Shown here in pieces: positions 30,289-40,809 of a stretch of DNA of 64,000 nt. The translations under genes and the position numbers were made by a program. Position 1 is the first letter of the stretch, and every line of letters starts with the position of its first letter. The DNA is from an uncultured Chroococcidiopsis sp. (GTDB taxonomy: Bacteria > Cyanobacteriota > Cyanobacteriia > Cyanobacteriales > Chroococcidiopsidaceae). The stretch is taken from positions 32,001-96,000 of the forward strand of contig CAXTYC010000009.1 of the NCBI GenBank assembly GCA_964248365.1, in the 5' to 3' direction. Under the pieces are notes generated by a model. That model was not told the DNA's origin. It made no database searches and was given only the letters and a program-made list of their open reading frames with translations.

Positions 30289-30945
30289 ATGGAACTTTTT
30301 ACGGTTGGACACTCTAATTACAGCATTGAGGCTTTTATTGCACTGCTGCAACAGCATGGGGTGACAGCTTTGGCAGATGTGCGATCGCATCCGTACAGCC
30401 GTTATCTGCCCCACTTCAATCAGGCATCCCTGAAAACAACGGCACGAGATGCAGGAATTCGTTATGTCTTCCTTGGTCGTGAGTTGGGAGCTAGACCCAG
30501 CGATCGAACCTGCTATGTTGATGGTAAAGCGTTGTATGAAAAAATTGCATCTACAAGAGCTTTTTCAGATGGCATTGAGCGCATATTAAAAGGTACAAAA
30601 ACTTATAAAATTGCGATGATGTGTGCTGAAAAAGATCCTATCACCTGCCATCGAGCAATTTTAGTTTGTCAGCACCTACGCGAATTTAATCTAGAGATCA
30701 GCCATATTATGAAGAATGGTGAATTAGAAACTCATCATCACCTCGAAGAAAGGCTGCTAAAGTTACATGAGTTAAATTTGCCACAACTACCAGAGGCAGT
30801 TCAACTGACTCTATTTAGTAATGTATCGCCACAACCCACTAGTAATCGCTCAAAGGAAGACCTGCTTATAGAAGCTTATAAACGACAAGGAAATCTAATT
30901 GCCTACACAGAGAAACAGGAAAGTTCCTATGAGCAAGTCAGTTAA
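30289..30945 (+). CDS. DUF488 family protein
   Basis: FTVGHS, DVRSHPYSR, ELGAR, MCAEKDPITCHR. Confidence 0.92.
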   Translation: MELFTVGHSNYSIEAFIALLQQHGVTALADVRSHPYSRYLPHFNQASLKTTARDAGIRYVFLGRELGARPSDRTCYVDGKALYEKIASTRAFSDGIERILKGTKTYKIAMMCAEKDPITCHRAILVCQHLREFNLEISHIMKNGELETHHHLEERLLKLHELNLPQLPEAVQLTLFSNVSPQPTSNRSKEDLLIEAYKRQGNLIAYTEKQESSYEQVS

Positions 30946-31375
30946 TCTATTTACAATTGGTTTTACTCAAAAGAGCGCTCAAAAATTTTTTGATACTCTG
31001 ATGAACGCTGGGGTAAGAAGAGTTATCGACACAAGACTCAATAACGTTTCTCAGCTAGCAGGCTTTACAAAGCGTACAGATTTAGAGTACTTTCTGAAAA
31101 AAATTGGAGGCATTGAGTATGTCCACGTACTAGATTTAGCGCCAACTCAAGATATTTTGGATGCATATAAGAAAAATAAGGGTGATTGGGAAACCTACGA
31201 AAAGAAGTTTTTGCAATTGCTATGCGATCGCAAAATTGAAAATAAAGTTTCACCAGAACTTGTAGAGGGTGGCTGCTTGCTGTGTAGTGAAGCTCAGCCT
31301 CACCATTGTCATCGTCGTCTAGTTGCAGAGTATTTGAGTGATAAATGGGGAAACATAAGCATATGTCACCTCTAA
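30929..31375 (+). CDS. DUF488 family protein (second subtype)
   Basis: FTIGFT, DTRLNNVSQLAGF, LLCSEAQPHHCHRRLVAEYL; ATG 30929 overlaps the upstream gene. Confidence 0.92.
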   Translation: MSKSVNLFTIGFTQKSAQKFFDTLMNAGVRRVIDTRLNNVSQLAGFTKRTDLEYFLKKIGGIEYVHVLDLAPTQDILDAYKKNKGDWETYEKKFLQLLCDRKIENKVSPELVEGGCLLCSEAQPHHCHRRLVAEYLSDKWGNISICHL

Positions 31376-31385
31376 AAATAAATTT

Positions 31386-32198
31386 ATGGCTCAAATTGTC
31401 TGCCTCGCAAATTCCAAGAAACATGGCGATCGCTGCATTGCAGGTATTGAAACCTCTACAGGTAAATGGATTCGCCCCGTATCGAATTTAGATGACGGGC
31501 GGGTTCCTATAAATATGTGTTTAGTTGATGGTGAAGAACCATTACCATTAGATATCTTAGAAATTCCTCTAGCAACCACTGGTTCTGGCTACGAGTGTGA
31601 AAATCGTTCGATATTACCTGGAAGATGGCAGCGAGTAGGAAGAGCTTTGCCGACAGATTTAGTTCATTAATGTGAACAAAAAATTATTCATAGTCAATGG
31701 CTCAATGCTGTTCCTTTTTCCTTTCTACAATCCCTGCCGCTTCATCAAAGACGTACATTACAGCTTATTAGAACAACTAGACTTAATGTGACTCTGTACC
31801 AAGATACAGGAAAGTGGGAAGTTTCTTTGCCAACAGTTAATGGACAACGAATGAAAGCTAAAATTACAGACTTGCATTTTATTGCCTAATTAAACCAAGG
31901 TAACATTATAGAAAATGAATGTTTGGTTACTATTAGCTTAGGGCAACCCTGGCGCAAGACTAATACAGATGAATTATCTTGTTGGAAATTAATAGCAGGC
32001 GTTGTTGAATTGTCACCATCCGATTCGATATTGTTTGAAATGAAGCGACTGGATTGGTGTATAAATCGAGGAAGGGAATATTTGCAGCAAAATTACAATA
32101 AGCGATCATCGCGTCAACAACTGACTGCGACTGAAATAACTCAGTTCTTGAGTTACCTAAAATCCCTTTTTACTCCTGCAAGCAATTTATCTCAATAG
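31386..32198 (+). pseudogene. Dual-OB-domain protein with two in-frame TAA stops
   Basis: IVCLANSKKHGDRCIAG...WIRPV; the same frame continues past TAA 31668-31670 and TAA 31887-31889 into KITD, VTISLGQPW, CWKLIAGV. Confidence 0.85.
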
Positions 32199-32201
32199 TG
32201 A

Positions 32202-33332
32202 GTGAAAACTGTTCGAGGCAAAGATAGACCATTACGGGTAGTAGTCTACACTGATGCGGCTGGTATTGGCGGCGCGGAAATCAGCCTTGGACACCTAGTT
32301 GCATCAGTGTCCGACGATATAGAAATTATAGTGCTGGGTGTGTCTGAGCTTGTCGTTAATGCGATCGCCTCCCGTAGATCCCAAGCAGTAGCCAAAATAC
32401 TACCTGCTGCCAAGGCTGGCTCGGTGATGGCACATTTGGCAGCACTACACCAATTACATCCCGACGTGGTACACTGCAACCTTTGCACTCCTTGGGCGTG
32501 TGCAACAGGGTTGGCGGTGGCGTTGACATTACCTCATGCTCGTGTTGTGCGAGTAGATCAACTTCCCCTACGTACTACAGATGCCTTGACATTATGGCGG
32601 ACTCGTGCATTATCCTTGCGGGTTGATGCTCATGTTGCGGTTGGCTCGTCGAGTGCAAGGCGAATGGAGGATTTTTACGCCCTGGGTCGTGGCAGTGTCT
32701 TATCTATCCCTAACTGCGTACCTGATATTATAGGTGTACAGCCGCAGCCATTGCGACCTGACGGACAAATTGTAGTTGGTAGTGTCGGTCGGTTGGACGC
32801 GATGAAAGCCCATGATGTCTTATTAAAGGCGATCGCCCTCGTCGAAGGAGTACGAGTCGTTATTCTGGGCGAGGGGGCGCAACGTCTAGAACTGGAAAAA
32901 CTTGCTTGTGAATTAGGGGTGAGCGATCGTCTTTCTCTCCTCGGCTGGGTAGATGATCCTCGCACCTATTTATCAGAGTTTGACGTTATGGCTTTGCCCT
33001 CTCGCTCAGAAGGCTTCCCTTTGGCAATTGTAGAGGCAATGCTTGCTGCCCGTGCGGTAGTTGCTACCCGCGTCGGTAGTGTTGCTGAGGCAGTAATTGA
33101 CGGTGAAACTGGGTTTTTAGTCGAAAAAGATGATATTGCCCAACTTGCCGCCGCATTACGTCGCTTACGTGACGATCCTGCACTGCGTATTCGACTGGGA
33201 AAGCGTGGTAGAGAGGTAGCACAGGCAAAATTTACTGTTGAGCATATGGCTAATAGCTACCTCAGTCTATGGTATCAGATAGTGTCTGCGAGGCAAGCTC
33301 CTAGACTAAAGATTCCTCGTCCGCGTGATTGA
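32202..33332 (+). CDS. Glycosyltransferase family 4
   Basis: GGAE, VGRL..MK, PSRSEGFPLAIVEAM. Confidence 0.92.
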   Translation: MKTVRGKDRPLRVVVYTDAAGIGGAEISLGHLVASVSDDIEIIVLGVSELVVNAIASRRSQAVAKILPAAKAGSVMAHLAALHQLHPDVVHCNLCTPWACATGLAVALTLPHARVVRVDQLPLRTTDALTLWRTRALSLRVDAHVAVGSSSARRMEDFYALGRGSVLSIPNCVPDIIGVQPQPLRPDGQIVVGSVGRLDAMKAHDVLLKAIALVEGVRVVILGEGAQRLELEKLACELGVSDRLSLLGWVDDPRTYLSEFDVMALPSRSEGFPLAIVEAMLAARAVVATRVGSVAEAVIDGETGFLVEKDDIAQLAAALRRLRDDPALRIRLGKRGREVAQAKFTVEHMANSYLSLWYQIVSARQAPRLKIPRPRD

Positions 33333-33437
33333 GAGCAGAAAGAGCAACTTTAACAATAAAATTAACACTTCATGAAAATTCCTATATCCTGTGTGTTGAT
33401 TAATAGTAGAAAGTCAAATCATCCAATTATATTGACT

Positions 33438-34139
33438 ATGACAATGAAACTTGTAGAAAAATTAAAACAGCAATGGCAGACACTGGTATTTGCCTACCGT
33501 TTTATGCAAATTGTCAAGGCTCCAGATGGAGATATGGGCAGTATTGGGCGACTAGCTAAAGCCAGCAATGATGCTTACAGTCTCAGGCTAGTAGTAGAGT
33601 TTCTTTCGCGCTATCCCCAAGCAAGGCTTGCATTTCAACAGCGCCCACGTCTAGGTAAAGTTGATTTACAGCAGCTCCATAAGTTGCCTGAAAATACTTT
33701 GGGCTATCTTTACGCAGATCATATGATCAAAAACGGTTTAACTCCCCTACAAGCAGGTAGTGCTGAGAATGATTATGCGTATTTAGCAGCACATATCACT
33801 GAAACTCACGACATTTGGCACGTAGTCACTGGTTGTGACACAAACATAACAGGTGAGATTCAGCTTGAGGCGTTTTATATGACACAACTGTATGCATCTC
33901 GCTTTTGGATGGCACTGCTTGCCAAGAATTTGCTGAAAGCGGCTCTATTTAATGTAGAAGTTTCTGGTCAGTACCTGGATGCATTGGCTCAAGGGTGGAT
34001 GATGGGACGAGAGGCACGACCTCTATTTGGTATTCAATGGAATACGCTATGGGAGACACCTTTAGAAGATATTCGTGCTTCTTTGAACATTCCTTCTCAT
34101 ATAGGTCAAAAATCCATGCTTAAAGATGTTATTGTGTGA
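33438..34139 (+). CDS. Coq4 family protein
   Basis: LPENTLGY; HDIWHVVTG...GE (HDxxH-x11-E). Confidence 0.85.
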   Translation: MTMKLVEKLKQQWQTLVFAYRFMQIVKAPDGDMGSIGRLAKASNDAYSLRLVVEFLSRYPQARLAFQQRPRLGKVDLQQLHKLPENTLGYLYADHMIKNGLTPLQAGSAENDYAYLAAHITETHDIWHVVTGCDTNITGEIQLEAFYMTQLYASRFWMALLAKNLLKAALFNVEVSGQYLDALAQGWMMGREARPLFGIQWNTLWETPLEDIRASLNIPSHIGQKSMLKDVIV

Positions 34140-34395
34140 AATTTCCTTTGATTTGTGGACAATAAGATATTTGCTGCTAGTGTTTATGCGATCGCCCATC
34201 ATTTCCTTCTTGCATCTGCTCAAAAATCCGCCCAACAAAATAAATTTCAGAAACTATAGCAGTGAGTAAATAGATTAGGACAAGTCATAATAATTCGTAA
34301 TTCGTAATTCGTAATTCGTAATTGACTTGTTCTTGCCCCTTGTCCCCTTGTCCCCTTGTCGGGTTGTCCTCACGTGCGCCCCTACTCCCTACTCC

Positions 34396-35631
34396 CTACT
34401 CCCTACTCCCTTTTCGTGTTGCAGCCATACAGTTTTGATAAACTTCTATATGTGTAAGGGCGATCGCATCCCAAGTAAAGTTACGCACGAAGCTACGACC
34501 TGCATCACTAAGCTCAATACGCTTTGCAAGATTTGCTAAAAGTTCTATCAGTGCGGTTGCTAAACCATCTATATCACGGGGTTTTACCAGTCTGACTATC
34601 TCCACCAAATCCGGTTCAGGTGGATCGTGGTGTGTAGCGACTACGGGTAAATCGTGAGCTAGTAATGTGAGAAGGGAACCGCTCTTAATCGTAACTCCGC
34701 AATTAAAAGGTAGCACCCCCACATCAGCGCCTGCTATGTAACGCGAAGCAGTATCAGCTGGTAAGTAACCAGTAATATGAACTGTTTTGTCTAAATTAAG
34801 ATCGCATACGAGTTTATGCAGTTTATCCCAGTATTGAGTTGCCCCGTCACCACTCAAAGCTAAACTTTCAACTCCTCCAACCAATAGTAGACGAGTGTGT
34901 GGATGATGGGACAGCACTTGCTTGAAGGCAAGTAGCAGGTTTTCTAACCCTTTGACTGGATGGAGAAAGCCAAAGAACACAATAACTGGGACATCATTTG
35001 ACCAATTGCAAGTTTGACGCAGCAACAGACGTGCCACATCGCGGTCAATAGGGGCGTTATCTATATTAGCGGCGATGGGGATGCGGTAGAGGCGATCGCG
35101 TATCTCAGGTAGTCGAGTATAGATTACTTTCTCAGCATCATTATTAGTGGTGACAATCGCATCACTTTGCGTTAGTAAAAAGCCATCCTCCCGATCCCAC
35201 CAACTCCGACGTTGTCCCCAATTTTTCAACCATTCCAATAGTTGAGGCGGCACAAAACTCGGTTGCCATTCCCACCATCCATACTCATGTATAGTGGTAA
35301 CAATGGGATTACGCCAGCCTAGCATTCTTAAAAGTAGTGGCAGCAAGAAAATGGCGCGTTCAAAACTATAGGTTCCGGCGGCGTGTTGAATATGTAAGAT
35401 ATCGGTAGGTGTAGCGAGTAGCGATCGCACCAACGGCACAAGGTCAGAAACACCCCAACCACGTACCACACCTCTGACAGTGCGATCGCAACCAGCTTGA
35501 TCTGCATCATAAGTAGAAAGTACAACTGATTGGATACCATGCTCACCCAGAACTGTGCGTAGACGTTGGGTATAGTGTGCTACCCCACAACGCCCAGGCT
35601 CGAATGTACCCGCAATCATCGTCACGCGCAT
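34396..35631 (-). CDS. Glycosyltransferase family 4
   Basis: CGVAHYT, TIHE, FFGFLHPVKG, FTWDAIA. Confidence 0.9.
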   Translation of the reverse strand: MRVTMIAGTFEPGRCGVAHYTQRLRTVLGEHGIQSVVLSTYDADQAGCDRTVRGVVRGWGVSDLVPLVRSLLATPTDILHIQHAAGTYSFERAIFLLPLLLRMLGWRNPIVTTIHEYGWWEWQPSFVPPQLLEWLKNWGQRRSWWDREDGFLLTQSDAIVTTNNDAEKVIYTRLPEIRDRLYRIPIAANIDNAPIDRDVARLLLRQTCNWSNDVPVIVFFGFLHPVKGLENLLLAFKQVLSHHPHTRLLLVGGVESLALSGDGATQYWDKLHKLVCDLNLDKTVHITGYLPADTASRYIAGADVGVLPFNCGVTIKSGSLLTLLAHDLPVVATHHDPPEPDLVEIVRLVKPRDIDGLATALIELLANLAKRIELSDAGRSFVRNFTWDAIALTHIEVYQNCMAATRKGSRE

Positions 35632-35690
35632 TATCTATTCTCCCGTGTCATAGCTACCAAACTAGGAGTCACAAGTCAGAAGTTGTGAAG

Positions 35691-36830
35691 TCACAAGTCG
35701 AAATTCGGAATTCTCCCTCTCTCCCCCTCTCCCCCAGCTTCCCCAGCTCCCCCTGCTCTCACGCGCGCCCCTCCCCAAAGCAGCTCCAACCCTGCCGCCA
35801 CTACTTTTTCGGGGGGAATGTCCAAGCACTCCAGATCATAGGGACAGGTAAATGAGTAACAGGGACTACAGTCAGTCGGCTGGCGCAGCAACCGTGTGGG
35901 TGCATGGCGGGGTCGCCACTGGGATTCGTATTCAGTTCCAGCAAACATGATTACACTAGGGGTGCGTGTCGCATCGGCTAAATGCATAGTTGAGGTATTG
36001 TTGGTTAATACTAATCGTGTGCCTGCTATGAGCGCGGCAAGCTCAGATAGACTTGTAGCACCGATGAGATCGATCGCTAATGGTTTCAATGCTTCAAGTA
36101 TGGTCGCGCTGCGCTCGCGGTCTTTTGGCATCCCAGTCACAACCACTCGCCAACCTGTAATTTCGGCTAAACGACGGCTGGCAGAGGCAAATCTCTCCCA
36201 AGCATAGTTACGCGATTGGCAACTCGTCCAGGGGTTGAGTAGTAAATAGGGCGTGTCGGCAGATAATCCGTGTTCGAGTAGCATTGCTTCTGCGCTGTGT
36301 CGTGCCGACTGGGGAACTTGGATCATCAAACTGCGATCGCTTACCTCAAACCCGACTGATTCAATTAGCCGCAGATTGCGCTCTACCTGATGAATTTCAT
36401 CTGGTGCTGATTTTACCTCAGTGCTTAAAACACCACCACCCCATTCTTTAGATTCGCCTAATCGCAACCCAATACCAGCTAGATAGCACATAAAGCCTGC
36501 TGGGTGAGGAGTCTGGCTAAAGCTGGTGAAAATGATTGCTGCATCGAAGTGGCGATCGCGGATCTTTGATATCAGATCCCATTCCCTCTTTGGGTTGAAA
36601 TCAAGCTTCCCTAAATCTTGCCAAAGTACACGCTCTGGTAAAACATCATCTACCCAAGGTAGTAAAGATGCCGCCCCACCGCCACCAGGACTAGCCATTA
36701 GAGTTACACGCGCCTGGGGCAGATTTTGTTTAATAGCACAAAGTGCCGGACTTGTCATCAGTACATCGCCGATATTATCCAGCCGCATAACTAAAATATT
36801 ACGTGCATTAGCCCATTGAGGATCGATCAT
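35691..36830 (-). CDS. Glycosyltransferase family 9 (heptosyltransferase-like)
   Basis: RLDNIGDVLMTSP, NNTSTMHLADA, CSPCY..CP...CL; ATG 36830. Confidence 0.92.
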   Translation of the reverse strand: MIDPQWANARNILVMRLDNIGDVLMTSPALCAIKQNLPQARVTLMASPGGGGAASLLPWVDDVLPERVLWQDLGKLDFNPKREWDLISKIRDRHFDAAIIFTSFSQTPHPAGFMCYLAGIGLRLGESKEWGGGVLSTEVKSAPDEIHQVERNLRLIESVGFEVSDRSLMIQVPQSARHSAEAMLLEHGLSADTPYLLLNPWTSCQSRNYAWERFASASRRLAEITGWRVVVTGMPKDRERSATILEALKPLAIDLIGATSLSELAALIAGTRLVLTNNTSTMHLADATRTPSVIMFAGTEYESQWRPRHAPTRLLRQPTDCSPCYSFTCPYDLECLDIPPEKVVAAGLELLWGGARVRAGGAGEAGGEGERGRIPNFDL

Positions 36831-36946
36831 CGAAGCTGTGAATAATTGGTAAAGGGTAAAGGGTAAAGGGTAAAGGGTAAAGGGTAAAGGGTAAAGGGTA
36901 AAGGATACTTCGTAATTATATTTATCTCCCCCAGCTCCCCCAGCTC

Positions 36947-37951
36947 TCACGCGCGCCCCTCTAATAGCGAGATGGCGGCGTTGAGTACAACATCTGGTGC
37001 GATCGCATCAGTGCAAGTTTGCAGGGGGTCGAAGGGACACGCCCCATACCAACACTGTTGTAATGTGAAGTTATGAATCATCCGTTCAGGACACTCCCGA
37101 TAGCCCTGCAAATTCACATGGGGGGGTGGTTGACCATATCGCTCATGCCATGATGGTCCAAATAGAGTAATTGTCGGTACACCAAGCGCCGCCGCGATCC
37201 GAGCAGGTCCAGTATCAGATGCTACAACTAATTGGGCGTGAGCCATCACAGCCGCTAGCATGGACAGCGTAGCTCGTGGTAAAATTTGTGTTGCACCTCC
37301 AATTTCACAGGCAATCTGTGTAGACTGCTGGGGCTGGGAACCGATGGGAACAATTATTGTAGCGTTGTAGTGCTCCTGCAACTGTTTCCCTAGACTGACA
37401 AAGTTTGCCCCCTTCCATTGCTTAATTACCATGCCTGCATCTGGGTACAAGATGACAAGTGGGCGATGGAAATTCCCAAGTACCTTGTGAGCATGGTGTT
37501 GTTCGGTGGAAGAAAGATGAAGTTGTGGAGTGGCGTAAGCGTCTGGTTTAATCAATCCCTCATCCAGTAATATTTGAATAAACCTTTCTCCAACACGCTC
37601 GTTAGCAGGTGGCGATCGCCAAAGATTTGTCACCACCCGTGATGCGCCACTATCTTGAATTAGCTGCTCAATAGAGTCATAGTTAGTATCAGAAACTATC
37701 AGATCGAATTTGTCGTCGCTAAGCAATTCTTCCACCGCTTTTCGCGCAACATGAGGATTATTCTCACTTTTTTCGACACAGACAATCCTATGAATTAGCG
37801 GATCGCTTTTAAGTAGTTCTCCTCCAGGTGCAAAAGTCAAGACTGTAAGTTTAGCTTCAGGATGAGAACGCCCCAAAGCTTGAATAGCCGACAATGCTAT
37901 CAAAACATCACCAATTCCACCCAGAAGCTCTACAAACAAAATATTACGCAT
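36947..37951 (-). CDS. Glycosyltransferase family 9
   Basis: GGIGDVL, KQW, DTGPARIAAALGVPTITLFGP. Confidence 0.92.
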   Translation of the reverse strand: MRNILFVELLGGIGDVLIALSAIQALGRSHPEAKLTVLTFAPGGELLKSDPLIHRIVCVEKSENNPHVARKAVEELLSDDKFDLIVSDTNYDSIEQLIQDSGASRVVTNLWRSPPANERVGERFIQILLDEGLIKPDAYATPQLHLSSTEQHHAHKVLGNFHRPLVILYPDAGMVIKQWKGANFVSLGKQLQEHYNATIIVPIGSQPQQSTQIACEIGGATQILPRATLSMLAAVMAHAQLVVASDTGPARIAAALGVPTITLFGPSWHERYGQPPPHVNLQGYRECPERMIHNFTLQQCWYGACPFDPLQTCTDAIAPDVVLNAAISLLEGRA

Positions 37952-38008
37952 AATTCATAATTCGTGAGGAGACAGAAGATAGAAGTCAGAAGTCAGAATA
38001 GTTAATTC

Positions 38009-38869
38009 CTAAGCTCCCCCAGCTCCCCCAGCTTCCCCTGCTGTCTCAATCCTTTTTTTGTCTAAGGACAAAAATTTATCCGCTGCCACTCGTCGCTCTA
38101 CAATTGTGGTGGGTACTTCCTGATGGTAGACACCAGAAGGAATTATGCCGCAACCCCCATAGTCAGCCATTAACCGCTGCTGAACCAGAACATCTTCTCC
38201 GCAGTGTTCGGGTGGAAGGTCTTTCCAAAAAGTGAAACCGCCAACATCACGGAGTTTAGCTGTATCATATAAAACACAGCCTGCCACCCAAGCAACACGA
38301 TACTTGCGCTGATTATTTGGAGTCAAACCAAGGCGTTGCTGGAGATGATAGAGATTAGCAGCATTGTGTAGTCGCCAACGTTCCCACTGGGGTGTATCTG
38401 GTTTTACTACTTCCGGCTGAACGCTTTCCTCCCAAAAAGCGATCGCCTGCTCATGGGGGCGAATGTCGTTGATGAAGCTCAGTCCAATAAAAGCACTACC
38501 AACAAAACCACAGCCTTCTTCTCGAATTGCCCCCAGCATATTTTCAACCACGTATGGCTCAAGGATCAGATCATCATCAATAAATAGGGCATAGGGTGCT
38601 GTTGCCTGATCCAACAGAAACTGCCTTTGCTCAGCTATACCCCGACGAGGTAGGTGTTTATGAACTTCTACCTTTTGTCCGTGAACACGCAGAACGCGCA
38701 CTACGGCTTGCACCTCTTTTGTTTCCACAGGATTGCACTCTTCGGTCTGATCGGAAATGACAACGCGAAAGTCACAGAAGGACTGAGCTACAAGACTAGT
38801 AAGAGTGACAGCCAAAGCAGTGGGACGGCTATAGGTAGGGATGAGTATATCAACAGCAGTCATCGCCAT
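38009..38869 (-). CDS. Glycosyltransferase family 2
   Basis: DILIPTY, FIDDD, GED. Confidence 0.9.
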   Translation of the reverse strand: MAMTAVDILIPTYSRPTALAVTLTSLVAQSFCDFRVVISDQTEECNPVETKEVQAVVRVLRVHGQKVEVHKHLPRRGIAEQRQFLLDQATAPYALFIDDDLILEPYVVENMLGAIREEGCGFVGSAFIGLSFINDIRPHEQAIAFWEESVQPEVVKPDTPQWERWRLHNAANLYHLQQRLGLTPNNQRKYRVAWVAGCVLYDTAKLRDVGGFTFWKDLPPEHCGEDVLVQQRLMADYGGCGIIPSGVYHQEVPTTIVERRVAADKFLSLDKKRIETAGEAGGAGGA

Positions 38870-40077
38870 ACCTCTTGGGCAGAAATTAGGGGCGAGGAGT
38901 GAGGAGTGAGGAGCGAGGGGTAAGGGAAATTTTGGATTTTGGATTTTGGATAAGAGATTGGGATTTCTCCCTCAGCTCCCTCAGATCCCCCAGCTCCCTC
39001 AGCTCCCTCAGTGCCATATAGTTCATATACCGCCTGCACAACTTGTTGTGGTGTAACTAGGCGGAGGCAATTGTGATGCCCTTCTGGGCAGATACTCTTG
39101 TAACAAAATTTACATGGTACGTCGTGAAATAGAACTCGATGGGGAACACCCCAAGGAGTATGTTGGGGGTTGGTGAGGGCGTACAAATCGATAACTGGAG
39201 TTTGCACGGCACAGGCAATGTGAACTGGTCCAGTGTTGTTTGAGATCAGCAGGGGCGCGATCGCAATTAAAGCCGCTAGTTCCTCTAAATCGAGCCTGTC
39301 AACTAACTCGTAGGAAGGCACACCCATTGCTGTTTGAATACCCTCTACTAGTTGCCGTTCCGTCTGTGTTCCCGTAAATACCACCTGAAAGCCATCTAAA
39401 ACCAGGTGACGGGCAACAGAGGCAAAATTTTCCGGCGGATAGCGGCGCGAGGCTGCCGTAGCACCAGGATGAATCACCACCAGAGGTTTATTCAGGTCAA
39501 CGCCAAGGTTTTGCAGCAGGTGGAGGACACCTCCGTGAGCTATCTGGGAAACTTGTAGAGATAGGCGCTCATCTTCAGTTTTACAGCCGACATTAGCTAC
39601 TAAATCCAACTGGCGGCGAACTTCATGGCGGATACCTTGATGGGGTTCTGGTTCAAGTACCCAGTCGGTGAGCATTTGATAAGGATTCTCCCGACAATGA
39701 GCAAGCCGCAAGGGAATATCTGCCAAGTAGCACATAAAGGCAGATGGTAAAGGATTTTGACTAAAAACTGTAAAAATCACGGCTGCATCAAACCCCAAGG
39801 AGCGCAGTTGCTCTACCATTTCAAACTCAGTTCGACTGTTTTCTCTGGGGGAGGTCGCTTTCAGCCAAGGAGCATCATAAACGATGATATGATCAATTTC
39901 TGGTATTCTAGATGCGATCGCTTGTCCCGCTCTTGATGTCAACAGCGTAATTTGTCGTTTTGAGTGTGATTCCTTAATTGCCCGAATAGCAGGACTTGTC
40001 ATCAGTACATCCCCTAGGGAGTCCAACCTGATGCAGAGGATGTTTTGGGCATCGTTCCAAGTTTTAGTTATAGTCAT
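38860..40077 (-). CDS. Glycosyltransferase family 9 (WaaF-like)
   Basis: RLDSLGDVLMTSP, IHPGA, NNTGPVHIA, CKFCYKSICP; ATG 40077. Confidence 0.92.
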   Translation of the reverse strand: MTITKTWNDAQNILCIRLDSLGDVLMTSPAIRAIKESHSKRQITLLTSRAGQAIASRIPEIDHIIVYDAPWLKATSPRENSRTEFEMVEQLRSLGFDAAVIFTVFSQNPLPSAFMCYLADIPLRLAHCRENPYQMLTDWVLEPEPHQGIRHEVRRQLDLVANVGCKTEDERLSLQVSQIAHGGVLHLLQNLGVDLNKPLVVIHPGATAASRRYPPENFASVARHLVLDGFQVVFTGTQTERQLVEGIQTAMGVPSYELVDRLDLEELAALIAIAPLLISNNTGPVHIACAVQTPVIDLYALTNPQHTPWGVPHRVLFHDVPCKFCYKSICPEGHHNCLRLVTPQQVVQAVYELYGTEGAEGAGGSEGAEGEIPISYPKSKIQNFPYPSLLTPHSSPLISAQEVWR

Positions 40078-40168
40078 GTCACTTATTGGCGTGGAACCAG
40101 TGAAAGAGCGTGGAGGCTCGATATCAAATTTAGAAATTACCCTAAGAGCGATATTGCGCGATCGCTCC

Positions 40169-40735
40169 TCATTGTTTGATATTGACTTTACAAATAAAAT
40201 GTGCTGCTTGGGCAAGGTCAGTAGCGATGTAGTGCGGTATGCGTTGGCTCGTAATCATCCACTCAGTTTCATTACCATTATCAATTAGCACGGTTTGACA
40301 ACCAGCACGGCGACCAGCCTCTACATCGTTGAGAATGTCGCCAATAAACCAGGAACTGGTAAGGTCAATTCTATGATGTTCGGCGGCGCGAATGATTAAA
40401 CCTGGTTCAGGTTTGCGGCAGCAGCAGCGTTGGTTGTAGGGGGACGAGCCATCGGGATGGTGGGGACAGTAGTAAAAGCCAGTCAATGGTACGCCAATTT
40501 CTGCCAGTAAATAACGCAATTTTGCTTCGACTGACAACAGAGCAGATTCTGGAAAGTAACCACGAGCTACACCAGATTGATTCGAGATAATAATTAGCTT
40601 ATAGCCAGCTTCGTGGAGCGATCGCACTCCTATGTCAGCTCGCGCTGTCAACTCAATCAAGTCTGGATTCGCATTGTATGGTACATCCTCAATCAGTGTC
40701 CCATCCTTATCCACAAAAACCGCTTTATTTGTCAT
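40169..40735 (-). CDS. gmhB: D-glycero-D-manno-heptose 1,7-bisphosphate phosphatase-like HAD enzyme
   Basis: DKDGT, SNQSG, CPHHP...CRKP, IGD. Confidence 0.85.
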   Translation of the reverse strand: MTNKAVFVDKDGTLIEDVPYNANPDLIELTARADIGVRSLHEAGYKLIIISNQSGVARGYFPESALLSVEAKLRYLLAEIGVPLTGFYYCPHHPDGSSPYNQRCCCRKPEPGLIIRAAEHHRIDLTSSWFIGDILNDVEAGRRAGCQTVLIDNGNETEWMITSQRIPHYIATDLAQAAHFICKVNIKQ

Positions 40736-40809
40736 TGGTTATTTTTCTCCCCCAGCTCCCCTTTGCTCCCCCTGCTGTCATCACGAAGAATCTTTATTGC
40801 AAAACGAGA

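Noticed and set aside
36831..36950. N-terminal extension FTLYPLP repeats on GT9 (likewise extensions on ABM, sugar permease, ycf3)
   Set aside because: Open frames through STRR or intergenic DNA; family similarity begins at downstream ATGs
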